Source of the DNA: Catajapyx aquilonaris
Lineage: Eukaryota
Direction of reading: 5' to 3'
NCBI GenBank assembly: GCA_000934665.2
Contig: JYFJ02002224.1
Span: 1-60,836, forward strand
Length of the DNA stretch: 60,836 nt
A program made the position numbers and the translations under genes. Of the stretch, positions 11,626-23,735 are shown in pieces (positions within the stretch are counted from its first letter, which is position 1; each line of letters starts with the position of its first letter). Below the pieces are notes generated by a model. The model was not told the origin of the DNA. It was given only the letters and a program-made list of their open reading frames with translations, and made no database searches.

Positions 11626-12003
11626 TAGAGCCTGTCGTGCTGTTAAGATGGGCCTGCCATCTACTATCAGTGCTCCAAGTTTCAGCACTCTCAGTAATCT
11701 AGGGCTACACAACTAGAACATATAATTAGAGAAACAATGCCGTTTAATCTGCATATTACACAGAGTGATACAGATATCCAGATATGACGCGATTACAAAA
11801 TTATTGCCATTACAAGGGTTTACAATGACTAATTGAAGCGGGTCTGGGGATTCAGAGTTAGACCACTCGTCATAATACACCACAGAGTGCTAGACCATGG
11901 GAGCTCAAATGACAGGAGATGAAATCATGGGAGCCTAATGCTTCTCTCATCTGGGCTTGGGCACGTCTCTACACAAACTGGATGGAACTTTACACTTTTC
12001 CTT

Positions 12004-12342
12004 TCAAGCCTGGCAATCATGTGGCTTTTCTCGGATGCGAGCAATCATGTCAAATGTTACCTTACAAATACCACAATCAAATGGTCTTTCACCAGTGTGG
12101 ATTTTCATGTGCGTTTTCAAATAAGATAAATAAGTAAATGATGCCTCACAAACTTCACAGCTACATTGTTTCCCCCCAGTGTGCTTGAGCATGTGTGTTT
12201 TAAGATCAGACGGATCATTATACTTCTTATTGCAGACATGGCGATCATATGTCTTTCCTCGTGTGTGAGACGCAAAATGTCTTTTTAACTCCTTCCTCTT
12301 CTTCAAATTTTCTTCGTCAGTCTGTTGTTGTTCCTGGCCTTC
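12004..12342 (-). pseudogene. Family-A ZNF pseudogene (copy 3)
   Basis: Finger exon with an internal deletion joining finger 3 to the end of finger 11 at about 12050; first exon missing, intron cut at 12398 by the THAP element. Confidence 0.8.
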
Positions 12343-12398
12343 CTGCAATAATCAAAAATATACTGTTGGTACACTTTGCCATCATTACAGGTCAAGCA

Positions 12399-13753
12399 AG
12401 TCTGTAATAGCAATACTCAGGCCTAAATGGACTTCTTGCAATGAACATTGGTACCGGTAGCTCACCTACGTGCTTTGTTGCGTTTCGCAGTTGATGTCAA
12501 TGGCCCCTCTGTATCCGGAATGCCTGCACACTTTTGCACCTCTTTAGAGATGCAAAGAGGAGGACATTCTGTTTGACTGCTCTTGTTAACTGTCTCCTTT
12601 ATGTCAGTTAAGCACTGTGTGAGTGCATTTTTCGTGGGCCTGATGTATAAATTGCATTGCACAGAAGCACATCTGAACCTCTTTTCATCTCTTCTCATGT
12701 CCTGCAAGGTGAAGGAAATAATAATGCCAAAGAATGGGGGTGACAACATGGGTTCCTAGTCAGCAAAGGGTGAGCATGGGTTCCCTAGTCACCTCTAGTG
12801 ATAGCCAATGTCATGCATCAAATTGGATATATGATGTGACAGGGATAGGTGTTATTGTTGTTGCAAGTACCCCCATTCGCCTCGTACCTTCTTCTACTGT
12901 ACATTGACTGGCAATAATGGAAATACACTAAGACACCTACCGGTGTACAGGTTGACAGATCGTCACCTGAACCTGTTGCAGATGGTGTGAAAGATGTGCT
13001 CTGTGGAGAAAAAATGGTGCACTTAGATAATGACATGTTCCAAATGTGAACTTGCCTGGTCGTGAAAGCACCTACCGGTGTGCAGGTTGACAGATCGTCA
13101 CCTGAAGCTGTTGTGGATGGTGTGAAAGATGTGCTCTGTGGAGAACAAATGGTGCACTTAGATAATGACATGTTCCAAGTGTGAACTTGCCTGGTCGTGA
13201 AAGCACCTACCGGCAGCATGGGGACAGCGTTGGCCTTTAGATACCGATTCTTCTGCCCTGGTCTACGAGGATGTATTGCCTGCTTGTCAAAGTGTTCCAT
13301 ACACACCCTATGTCTTAGCTGGGGTGCATGAGTTGCCGGTAAATTCAGCGATGCTAGCCATGCTTGCATCAAATCCGGATTGCCTCTGGGAAACTTGAAG
13401 AAACTGATGCAGTCGCCTGTTCTCCGTCGGCGACGACATACAACGCAAAAATCACTCCTGCAATGTCCACTACCAGGTGCTTCTTGCTCCGCCATGTCAG
13501 CTGCTGCAAGATCAGGCTTGACATGGAATTCGCCTCCTGGATTCTCGGCATGACCCCCCTATTTTCAATTCCTGCCGTTAGTGTATGTCGTGAACAGTAG
13601 CATACGGTTGCAACCGTATCCCCAAAATACGCTTAATGAGCTGGTTCCGCTGGGGTCATCGTTCATCGGAAAAATTCATTATTGGTGTCGTTGGAATCGT
13701 ATCGTTTTGCCCGATTTTTGGGGGCCAACTTGTATTTTGAGTGGAGTGTCCCT
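12399..13753 (-). mobile_element. Truncated Kolobok-like DNA transposon carrying a spliced THAP-domain gene
   Basis: Minus-strand terminus TTAA|AGGGACACTCCAC at 13757-13741 (TTAA target plus purine-purine end, typical of Kolobok); THAP ORF from 13495; other end not found. Confidence 0.6.
12462..13495 (-). CDS. THAP (C2CH) domain protein, element-encoded, 3' truncated
   Basis: CVVC...FFKFP...AW...RVCMEHF...LKANAVP is a complete THAP signature; followed by a 135-bp tandem duplication (probable intron + 60-nt exon) and a further exon from about 12701 (DMRRDEKRFRCASVQC...SSQTE). Confidence 0.7.
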
Positions 13754-13802
13754 TTAACCCCTTAGCTACCTGCTATATCACCATTGCCATCGCCATCACC
13801 AG

Positions 13803-14119
13803 GTATTACCGGCCAACTCTTAAGCTGATTTAATTATAAAATTATGCTACAGTATATGCGGAATATCTATACCTTGAGAAACGTACGTGCCAGACGAACT
13901 GATTTGCTGAAATCGTCGCATTTCGCGAAAATTAAGTACGGTTGGGAGTTTTCAGATGTGACGGAGGCAAGCCGCAGATAAGTATTGATTGCATTCTTGC
14001 AAAGTACCACGATTTCAGCAAATTCGTCTGGTACAGTTCTCAATGTATATATTCCGTATATTTTAGCGTATAGGCTATTTCATAATAATTAAATCAGACT
14101 AACCGTTGGCTGGTAGCAC
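13803..14119. mobile_element. Degenerate MITE with about 115-bp imperfect TIRs
   Basis: TACCGGCCAAC..CTGATTTAATTAT..GGAATAT..CCAGACGAA..TTTGCTGAAATCGT mirrored by ACGATTTCAGCAAATTCGTCTGG..ATATTCC..ATAATTAAATCAG..GTTGGCTGGTA. Confidence 0.65.
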
Positions 14120-14263
14120 TCGACTTTCGTTTTTTTTACGACTATCTATGGAGGTCTTACTACCCTCTTTTTTCACTGGAGGGAATTTTTTGCTCTTATT
14201 ACCATTACAATGGTTTAAAATTACTTTTGAAGGGGGTCTGGGGATTCAGAAATAGACCACTCG

Positions 14264-15123
14264 TCATAATACACCACAGAGTGCTAGACCATGGGTGTGA
14301 GCAATCATATTGTGTTTAACATCAGTTGAGCCACTAAACTCTTTCCCATAAATATCAGAACCTTCAGGTTTCTCTTTCGTGAAAAATCTGACGTGTGCAG
14401 ACAGAGTAGACGAAGTTCTGAAGATTGCCTGGCAAACCGGACATCTAAATGGGTTAGGGTGGCTTCTCATATGGATTTTCAAATATTGTTGATAAACAAA
14501 ACAATGATTCCTTACAAATCTGACAACTAAATGGTCTCTCACCTGTGTGCGACCGCATGTGTGTTTTCAAAAGAGAAGGATATGCAAACTTTCTCTCACA
14601 AACATGACAATTATATGACTTTAGGGTGAGAGCTTTCACATGTCTCTTTAACTCCTTCCTCTTCTTCAAATTTTCTTCATCAGTCTGTTGTTGTTCCTGC
14701 AATAAGCAAAAATATACTGTTGGTACACGTTGCCATCATTACAGGCCGCTGGACAAACATACGAACAAATATTCCAATTTATTGATGTAAGATATTGGCT
14801 CTCATTGATTATAACACATGTGGAAGGGAGTCTATTTGAATGCCACTGATTGAAAGTAACTCAGGCATCAGAATTTAACAGTGACGTACCTTATGGGAGG
14901 CTTTGTGAGAAACGTCCAAAGGATCCTGTTCAAAATGAGTGGCATTTGCCACAGCAACCAGTTCCTCCACTGGCTCCACTTTGACATCCTCTTCTTCGTC
15001 GAGGCTGTTGAGGCCCTCGTAGAACTGTGCAGAGGGCTCCTCCTTCAGCCGCAACTTCCACTCCTCCTCTGTGGTGATGCTCCCTTCATCTCCCTCCTCT
15101 TCCTTTTTGATTGCCAACGACAT
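14264..15123 (-). pseudogene. Family-A ZNF pseudogene (copy 4)
   Basis: Exon 1 intact (15123-14890); finger exon from 14696 has a 4-nt insertion near 14500 relative to paralog 5 (frameshift) and lacks the last three fingers. Confidence 0.8.
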
Positions 15124-15748
15124 GCTCCTGGAAAATAAATTCCCATTCAGGTCACAACAGTACGGAATCGACCAGGTGCACAAATGGATGCTGCATTGTC
15201 ACCTGGGGAAATCTGATCCGAATAATTCTCTCTCTCATACTAGTACCACCTTCCAACCCACCTGTCCCCACTGCTCATCCTTCCTAGGTGCCTTTCCCTT
15301 CCTCAGAACGAGGCAAAAGAAAAGGAAACAAGACGAAATGTCTCTTCATCAAGAGACGCCATCTTGGATTATGAAAAAAAAAAAGGAAAAGAAAAAAGGG
15401 TGCATTCCCACCCCCGAAAAGGAAAAGGGTGCATTCCCACCGCCGAAAAGTAAAAAGGTGCATTCTCACCGCCGAATGGACAGCGACGGGATTAAACGCT
15501 ATTGAGAAAAAGAACAGCGAAAATAAGTCTCTCATAATTTTTGTTGATAAAAAAAACTGCTTGCATTTTCATGTTCGCACTGCGTTAGTGTTTATATGCC
15601 AAAAAATTGTTATCACTTACTCGAAATCACGGCTCTCGAAATCGTCTACACATCAACAGCGTGCGATTACCTGTTAAATTATAAAATATTTCCACAAATC
15701 ACTTGCCAATATTACAATAGCGGTTACTTCAAATTAGCGTTTTTACCA

Positions 15749-15834
15749 CAATCACGTCGCGTAGACAAGGGAACGAACCAGCGTGGGTGTGAACGCACCT
15801 CACAAACTTTTTTTAAAAAAACAAGATGGCGGCC
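15749..15834 (+). promoter_or_regulatory. Family-B promoter module (CAATCACGTC, GGGAACGAACCA, GTGTGAACGCA, AAGATGGC)
   Basis: Same ordered motifs at 21684-21766, 37540-37630 and 39665-39741; the last two motifs also occur at 42909-42933 upstream of the Tc1-fusion gene. Confidence 0.6.
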
Positions 15835-16136
15835 AGATTTATTTATCGTTTCTTGACCTGTCAAAGTATTTTTTTTTTCATGCTCATTATTTGCAGGGAT
15901 TTTACTCCTGGTTGTGGGAAGGGAAGTAAAAAAAAAGGGAGAGTACAACTGTAGGTAATGTGGGTACTAGTTTGGTGATGTAGGGAGATATGGATTCAAT
16001 AAGAAACTCAAACTGAAGAAAATTGAGTTAGATTTCTTTGAAAATTAAAAAATTGCATTTCACATTAGGTTCTTGCTTTAATTAGTGCAGTGCAGCAATT
16101 AGGATGGGTGTAGTAATTGATGTGTTTTTCAGGATT

Positions 16137-16313
16137 ATGTCGTTGGCAATCAATAGTTTGGACGTAGAAGATGACAGCATCGTAATGACAGATCAATCGA
16201 CTCTCATTCAAGATGCCCTGAATGAAATTAAGGCTGAAGAAAAGGAAGACGAGATGATGGTTACTGTGCCAGATGTTGTGGACAATGCGGAAGATCCCTT
16301 AGCCATCAGTAAG
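16137..16313 (+). pseudogene. Family-B ZNF first exon only (internally deleted; finger exon lost)
   Basis: MSLAINSLDVEDDSIV...DNAEDPLAISK|gtacac is homologous to 40052-40294; downstream sequence skips the finger exon. Confidence 0.75.
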
Positions 16314-16710
16314 GTACACATGTACCTTACTAGTCACAAACAGCCATGAATTATAGCTTAAAAATAAATGCAGATAATTTGCTTGATATTGACATAATGA
16401 GGATTCACAAATGTCGCAAGATGTCACGCAGTGTTTGACATACGCAAAAGAATAAAAATGAATTTTGCAACCGATTCCGTGAGTTATTGATCCATATCAA
16501 TATTGAAAATTAATTTTGTCATCAGGCCATATGTCCGCATTGTCTAAGTAAAAAAAATCGCAATTGTTTCTTTCTCTTGCACAACCGTTACAACCCTGCC
16601 ACCCTGGCACTCCACACCTGAGTTGGTTAGGTTTCCATGACTTCACCTTGTTGACAAGTCTGTTGCCATTCCATGCTTCCTTGCTTGTCCTGCCGTAACT
16701 CTTTAGGACC

Positions 16711-17352
16711 ATGGAGGTGAAAATACAGGAAGAAGTGATCGCAACAGGGAAGGAAGATGACAGCGTTACTGTAGAGGAGCCCTGGAGTTTGGTAATGAAG
16801 GAAGAAATCGCATCATGTTACGTTGATGAGTCCGCCACTGATGATGTGGCTGTTAATAAGTCAGAAGAGGATGAACAGATGGTCATTGCTTCAAATATCC
16901 CCGATGATGTGGACGACCCGCTGGCATGTACTAACGAAGGAAGCAACCAGGTATATCTAAAATACATAAAATTTAATACGTGGGCATAATCACTTTTGAT
17001 GATTAGCATGCTATGCACTTAATGCATTTTAATGTTTCAGGGAGAACATGAGAAGACGGATGATAATGCGAAGAGAAAGTGTTTGGATCAATCAGATGGT
17101 CTGACATACCGTGCTGCACACACCGCCGGGGAAAGGCCGTTTGGCTGCCAAATTTGCAACATGAGGTTCACCAGGGCCTTTTCTCTGAAAACACATATGA
17201 TGATACATACAGGGGAGAAGCCTTACACGTGCCAAGTTTGCCAAAAAAAGTTCCGCCGTAAATCACACCTGGAAAGACACTCGAACGTACACGGTTATGC
17301 CACTTGGTTGCTAGATGTGAAGCAAAGACATTTAGAGCCGCCGCATAAATGA
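16711..17352 (+). CDS. Two-finger C2H2 protein, family C copy 1 (183 aa)
   Basis: Exons 16711-16950 (MEVKIQEE...DDPLACT) and 17041-17352, phase 0; two canonical fingers with TGEKP linker; close paralog at 41628-42265. Confidence 0.85.
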
Positions 17353-17589
17353 GCAACATACAACCGCACACATGCAAATAAGCTTAGGAAAATGATTATT
17401 TAATTACTTTTATAATTAACATGAGCTGTTTTCACGCATGCGCTGAGAATGTCATGTGCTGATATAGTGATAGTATGTTGATCACATTTGTTATGCAGTT
17501 ACCAGTCTCTTGCCATCCGGATTTTTGAAGCAGAAGCCATGAAAAATGTGATTGACGATGTGTAGTAATGTTAGTAATAAAATTTGTAA

Positions 17590-18070
17590 AATTTGATGCA
17601 TGAAAATAATAACATGCATGGACTTCACAAAGTGCGGAAAAAAATACTTTGGATTCGCAGCCTCTGGTACTGTACGTGGATCTGGCTGCTCTTCACATAT
17701 AAGTACAATTTATCAAAACAGGGTCCAATATCTTGTTAATTTGTATGCAAATTGGCACATGTTTGTCTCTGAGCCTACCGACGATGAGGATGATCCCATT
17801 AGCCGTAACTCATAAAAGTCCATATAAGGTACATAAATGACATGCACTGATAAAGCATCAAATTGTTCCATTACATCTGTCCATTTTTCTACAGATTAAC
17901 CGGAAGTTGCGAAGGATCAAAACAGAAGCTTTTCAAAGCAGGAAAAGGCGTCGCTTTCACCTAGGTGTCTTACAATGGGCTGTTATCGACAGACATGAGG
18001 TGAACACTTGAGGCGGAGAGTGATTGGTAAAATACTTCCATTACATGTAGTTTACTGCTTTGCCCTAGAG
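17590..18070 (+). pseudogene. Second degenerate partial copy of the Tc1-fusion gene
   Basis: Near-duplicate of 11135-11625 with the same deletion junction; follows a family-C gene, as the intact gene does at 43 kb. Confidence 0.75.
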
Positions 18071-18455
18071 CCTGTCGTGCTGTTAACATGGGCCTGCCAT
18101 CTACTATCAGTGCTCCAAGTTTCAGCACTCTCAGTAATCTAGGGCTACATAACTTGAACATATAATTACAGAAACAATGTCGTTTATTCTACATATTACA
18201 CAGAGCGATACAGATATCTAGATATGAAGCAATTACAAAAGTATTGCCATTACAAGCGTTTACAATGACTTTTGATGGGGATTTGGTGATTCAGAGTTAG
18301 ACCACTCGTCATAATGCACCACCGAGTGCTAGACCATGGGAGCTCAAATGACAGGAGATGAAATCATGGTAGCCCAATGCTTCTCTCCTCTGGCCTTGGG
18401 CATGTCTCTAACCAACCTCCATGGAACTATACACTTTTCCTTGCAATCCTAACAA

Positions 18456-20871
18456 TCATGTGGCTTTTCTCGGATGCGAGCAATCATGTCTTTTTAAAGC
18501 CATCGAGCGACTAAACTTTTTCCCACAAATATCGCAACTGTAAGGTTTCTCTACCATGTGAATTCTGACATGTGCAGCGAGACCAGATGGACCACCGAAT
18601 GATGCCTTGCAAAACTGGCAGGAAATCTTGTGGTTCCTGCGCACGTGTTGTTCGAAACCTGTTCTAGATAACGTTTTCATGCAAATACGGCACTCATACA
18701 GCTTTTCTCGGGTGTGAGGAATCATATTGTGTCTAACATCAGTTGAGCCACTCAACTCTTTCCCACAAATATCAGAACCTACAGGTTCCTCTTTCGTGAA
18801 AAATCTGACATGTGCAGACAGAGTAGACGATTTTATGAAGATTGCCTGGCAAACCGGACATCTCAATGGTTCGGCTTTAGGGTGGCTTCTCATATGGGCT
18901 TTCCAATATTGTTGATAAACAAATGATTCCTTACAAATCACACAGCTAAATGGTCTCTCACCTGTGTGCTTGCGCATGTGTACTTTCAAAGAAGAAGAAT
19001 ATGCAAACTTTCTCTCACAAACATGACAAATATATGGCTTTACAGTGAGAGCTTCCACATGTCTTTTTAACTCTTTCCTCTTCTTCAAATTTTCATCATC
19101 AGTCTGTTGTTGTTCCTGTAATATGCAAAAATATACTGTTGGTATAGTACACGTTGCCATCATTACGGTCAAGCAGTTGATTTTTTTCAGAGACAGAGTC
19201 TTCCGATGTGTGCAGGAATGAAATATGGTTGTCTAATTCTCCTCAATCCAATTTGGCCAAACTAGGAAGGTCCATTGTTTACAATTATTATGCCTATTAT
19301 TTTAGTCTTTGTTCTGATAGTGGCCAAACAGTTACAGTCATCAAAAATTGACAATGTACTTTATGATGGGAAATATAATTATCTTCAAGTTCCCTTCCAA
19401 ACCGTTTTTCGTGAAATGAAAGGTTAAAAGTATTTTTGCCGCCATATTTGAAAGAATGCCACCGTAAGATGTGAGTGAGAAAATGGCTACAAATTGATTT
19501 GTTAAACCTTCTGATCATGCTTAACAACTTCCCACAAACAGATCAAAATGAACATGAAATATGAGGCAAACTTATTTTTTGAACAAATCTTCCCGAACTA
19601 TTAAACCCGAGATAATAATTTATCGAGGATTGACATTTTCTTGCTGACAAGATGGTGGCGGAATGCATGTTCGCATGTATGGTTGAGCTATTTGTGTACA
19701 AATTTCCCAAACCATAAGGCTAGGACACCATTATTGGCAGAGGGAGGGAAACCATACATTAGCCCTATGGCAAAAATTGTATTCAGGAATAATAAATCAC
19801 AATGTTAGTGTCCAATGTCCATGCAGCATGACAGTGAAATACCTCACGGAAGACTTCATGGGATATGCCAAAGGTATCCGGCGCAAACCGAAGAAGCCCT
19901 TCCACGCTGTCCGTGTCGTCCTCCACTGGCTCTTGCTCATGTAAGTCTCTGACAGCCTTCTAAGGAATACATGCATCACAAAAATCACGAAATTGATTGC
20001 ACAGATCTATCAGGAATACTGATTTAGGGCCGGTTGCATCGGTCGCGGTATATGGAACGGTATATGGAAGAACCCTGCATCGCGGGTACACGGTATATGC
20101 CATGAAAAACCACGGGTTTATTCCATAGCGTTGCACCGGTCCAGATAAACGGGGGGTTATCGGTAGAATGCTGGCCCATGAGAGACGTAAGCGGGCAAAA
20201 ATTTTGGAGAGCCCTGATTGGATCGCAGCACCCGTGACGCAAGCCGTGACGTCATGGAAGTATGGCTAGTCGTCTAGTACCTACGGCAACCACGTGGCAG
20301 GGTTTCCACCTGGTGTCACACAGTACACAAAATCCCAAGCACCAGTCCGCAACCACGACAACACCATAAACCCGCGGTACAAGCAACTTGTGCTGCAGGA
20401 TCGGCGGGTAGATGGATCCGGCAGTAAATGGGAGGGAGAACGGGCCATTTTAGAACAACCGTAGGTGGCGCAACACTTCTCACGGTATACCGGAGTCAAA
20501 ACCCGCCGTTTTCCATATACCGTGACTGGTGCAACCGGCCCTTACTGGAAATGATTACTACTTCTTGCTTATGCCTAGCCTAGTAATTTTTGTATCATGG
20601 CAGAATTTCCTAGACGCAAACAGTGACGTACCTCGTGGACGGCTTCGTGGGAAATGTCTAAGGGATCCTGTTCAAAATGAATCACATCTGCCACAGCGAC
20701 CAGATCCTCTTCCTCCACTAGCTCCACTTTGACATCCTCTTCTTTGACAGTGGTAAGGCCCTCGTAGAACTGCGTAGAGGGCTCCTCCTTCAGCCGCAAC
20801 TTCCACTCCTCCTCCGTGGTGATGCTACTTCCATCATCATCTTCCTCTTCTTCTTTGATTTCCAATGACAT
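18456..20871 (-). CDS. C2H2 zinc-finger protein, family A copy 5 (7 finger units)
   Basis: Exons 20871-20632, probable cassette exon 19959-19843, and 19115-18456; all phase 0; first four fingers absent. Confidence 0.85.
20027..20541. mobile_element. PIF/Harbinger (Tourist-like) MITE, 515 bp
   Basis: TIR GGGCCGGTTGCA(T/C)C(G/A)GTC(G/A)CGGTATATGGAA; TTA duplicated on both sides; empty site GATTTACTGG with a single TTA in the paralog at 26463-26465. Confidence 0.92.
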
Positions 20872-22071
20872 GATCCTGGAAAATAAGTCGGGTTACACAG
20901 TGTGACTATAGAAGCGAAGCACGGCCTGTCTCCATGGTTTGATTGCCATGGACACACAGACCATCCAGTTGCCCCACACCCTTTGGCCTCCTCCTCCTTC
21001 CAACCCACCTGTTCCCACTGCTCATCCTTCCTAGGTGCCTTTTCCTTCCTCAGAACGAGGCGAAAGAGAAGGAAAAATCAGACGAGATGCTCATCATCGT
21101 CAAGAGACGCCATCTTGGATTAGGGAAAAAAAAGAAAAAAAAGAAAAAGGGTGCATTCCCACCGCCGAACTATGGACGGGGATGGTATTAAACGCTACTG
21201 AGAAAAGAACAGCGAGAAGAAGTAACTGCTACTATCATAGCATGACTAGTAATGTGTAATGTTGGGAATGAGTGAGTCTCAGTGAAAACATTGAAAAGCC
21301 TTTAAAAATCGCATCCTGCCTCATTGAGATTTTCAAAGGCGACTTTTCTTTTCAGTTTCACTTAAAAATGGGACGAAGTGGTGCCAGAATCAAGTGTCCA
21401 AGATCCAAAAAAAAAAAAAAAAAANNNNNCAAAAAAAAAAAAAAAAAAAAAAACGGAAAAAAGTCATAATTGTCATTTGTGCGAAAATCTGTCTCCATAT
21501 TTTTAAAATCAAAACTGCTTGCTTTTTCATGTTCACACGTTTAGTGTTTATTAATTATCAGTTACAAGTACTTGAAATCGCCTGGTGAAAACACCAAAAG
21601 TGTGCAAATACCTCAATAATAAATACTGCACAAAATCACTTGCTAATATTACAATAACGGTTACTTCAAAATAGCGTTTCGAGCCAATCACGTCGCGTAG
21701 ACAAGGGAACGAACCAGCGTGGGTGTGAACGCACCCTCAAGTGTTTTTTTTTTTCCAAGATGGCGCCCGGATTATTCTCGTTGGCTTTGATCTGTCAAGT
21801 CTATTTTCCTCTTCAATTATTAATTATTTGCAGTGATTGACTCTTGGATTGGAGGGAATTAATATTTCAAAGGGGTGAGTACAGCTGGAGAGCTAATGTG
21901 GGTACATGTTTTGGTGGTGTAACGAGGGCAAGAGAGCGTGAAGAAACTGAAAGTGGAGAAAATTGAGGAAGGTTTCTTTGAAAAATAAAAGTTGCAGTTT
22001 ACACGAGGCTCTTGCTAGGAAAATTAGTGCAGTAATTAGCATGTGCATGTAATGATGTGTTTTTCAGGATC

Positions 22072-22314
22072 ATGTCGTTGGCGATCAAGAGTGAGTTGGA
22101 CGTAGAAGACGAGAGCATCGTGACGGAAGAGACTTGGAAGCTGGCACTGAAGGAAGAGACTCCGTCATGCTTTGATCCCGATTCGACTCTCATTCAGGAC
22201 ACCCTGAATGAAATTAAGGCCAAAGTGACAGAAGAGGAGATGATGGTTACTGTGCCATATGTTGCGGACAACGCGGAAGATCCGTAAGTCATTTATCATG
22301 AAGGAATCAGTAAG
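22072..22314 (+). pseudogene. Family-B ZNF first exon with premature stop; finger exon deleted
   Basis: MSLAIKSELDVEDE...DNAEDP* (TAA at 22285-22287 where paralogs have TTA); intron homology to copy B4 ends at 22500, where the mariner 3' end abuts. Confidence 0.8.
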
Positions 22315-22500
22315 GTACACTAGTCACAAACACCATGAAATGTATAGCGTAAAAATACGCACAGAATTTGCTTGGTATTGACATAACGAGGCTTCATAAA
22401 TATGTAATGCGGTCTCATATGTTTTCATCTATATGACTGAAATGAATGGTTTGCAATCAGACATGTTGGCATAACAGCATTAATTAATAATTATGTGTAC

Positions 22501-23735
22501 ATCTTTCAACTCAAACATAGTCCCCGTGGGCGTTGAGGCACTTGTCCCATTGTGACACAAGTCGCTGGATGCCGCGCTGGAAGAACTCCTGAGGCTGCTG
22601 GCTGAAGAACTCCCGGACAGCGGTTGTCACTTCCTCGTCCGAGTGGAAGTGGTGCCCCCGGAGTGCCTCTTTCAATGGGTCGAAGATGTGGAAGTCACAG
22701 GGTGAGAGGTCAGGACTGTAAGGAGGGTGTTCGAGGACTTCCCAGCCCATGTTGTGCAGGTGTGACTTTGTGACATTTGCAGTATCGGGCCGCGCATTGT
22801 CGTGGAGCAGAATGATTCCCCTGGACAGGCTGCCGGGGCGTTTGTTCTTGATGGCTCTGCGTAGGCGCACCAGTGTCTCATGGTACCGCTCCTTGTTTAC
22901 CGCCTGGCCTTGTGGCGAGAACTCAATGAGGAGGGGTCCTTGGTCGTCAAAGAAGAACGTCAGCATGACCTTGCCAGCAGACGGCTGCGTGCGGAACTTC
23001 TTGGTTGCCGGCGAAGACTGGTGCTTCCAAGTCATGGATGCCCGCGTGGACTCCGGCTTGTAGTGGTGGCACCATGATTCATCTCCCGCAACAACACGCA
23101 TGAGGAAGGAGTTGCCCTCTTGCTCGTACCGCTGCAGGTGTTGCAATGACAGGCTCATTCGCAACGTGCGTTGATCTGCGGTGAGGTTGCGTGGGACCCA
23201 CTGGTTACACACCTTGTGATACTCAAGGACGTTATTAACGATCTTGTACGCCGTGCCGTGACTGATGCATGCCTGCTCAGCAATCCTGTCGATGGACAAG
23301 CGCCGATCACTTTGAACCAACCCCTCGACGCACACTAGGCTTGCATCATTGGAGGCGGTAACAGGTCGGCCTGACCGTGCCATGTCCGACGTGCCTTGTC
23401 GACCACTGCGGAAATCGCGTACCCAGGCCTTCACTGTCGAGTACGCTACGCAAGTGTCTCCATACACAGCCCTCATGCGTGTATGAATCTCCTTTGGTCC
23501 CGCTCCCTCTGCACACAGGAACTGAATTACTGCCCGTTCGTCCGCCTTGGACGCACCTGATATGGTGAACGACATATTTGGACTGTGTACCGCAGCTATT
23601 ACGCAGCACACCGAGTCCACTCTTGGCCAGGTTGGCGACTGCGAATGTACCTCACAGCCAACCACAGCAGCACCTGTCTCCGTGTCACCTGCCGGCCTCC
23701 CGCGGCCAGGACGGGAACTTATTGACCTAACCTAA
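22501..23735 (-). mobile_element. mariner element with intact 354-aa DD34D transposase (ATG 23575, stop 22511); 3' TIR deleted
   Basis: WVPRNL, AGDESW, HDNARP, YSPDLSPCD (34-residue D-D spacing), N-terminal HTH and RSGRP; 5' end TA|TTAGGTTAGGTCAATAAGTTCCCG; no matching inverted repeat downstream of the stop. Confidence 0.93.

Noticed and set aside
21407..21453. Long poly-A with Ns (also Ns at about 37012, 53738, 57541)
   Set aside because: Assembly uncertainty in homopolymer runs, not a biological feature
22501..23735. Autonomous active mariner
   Set aside because: Transposase is intact but the 3' TIR is missing, so this copy cannot excise
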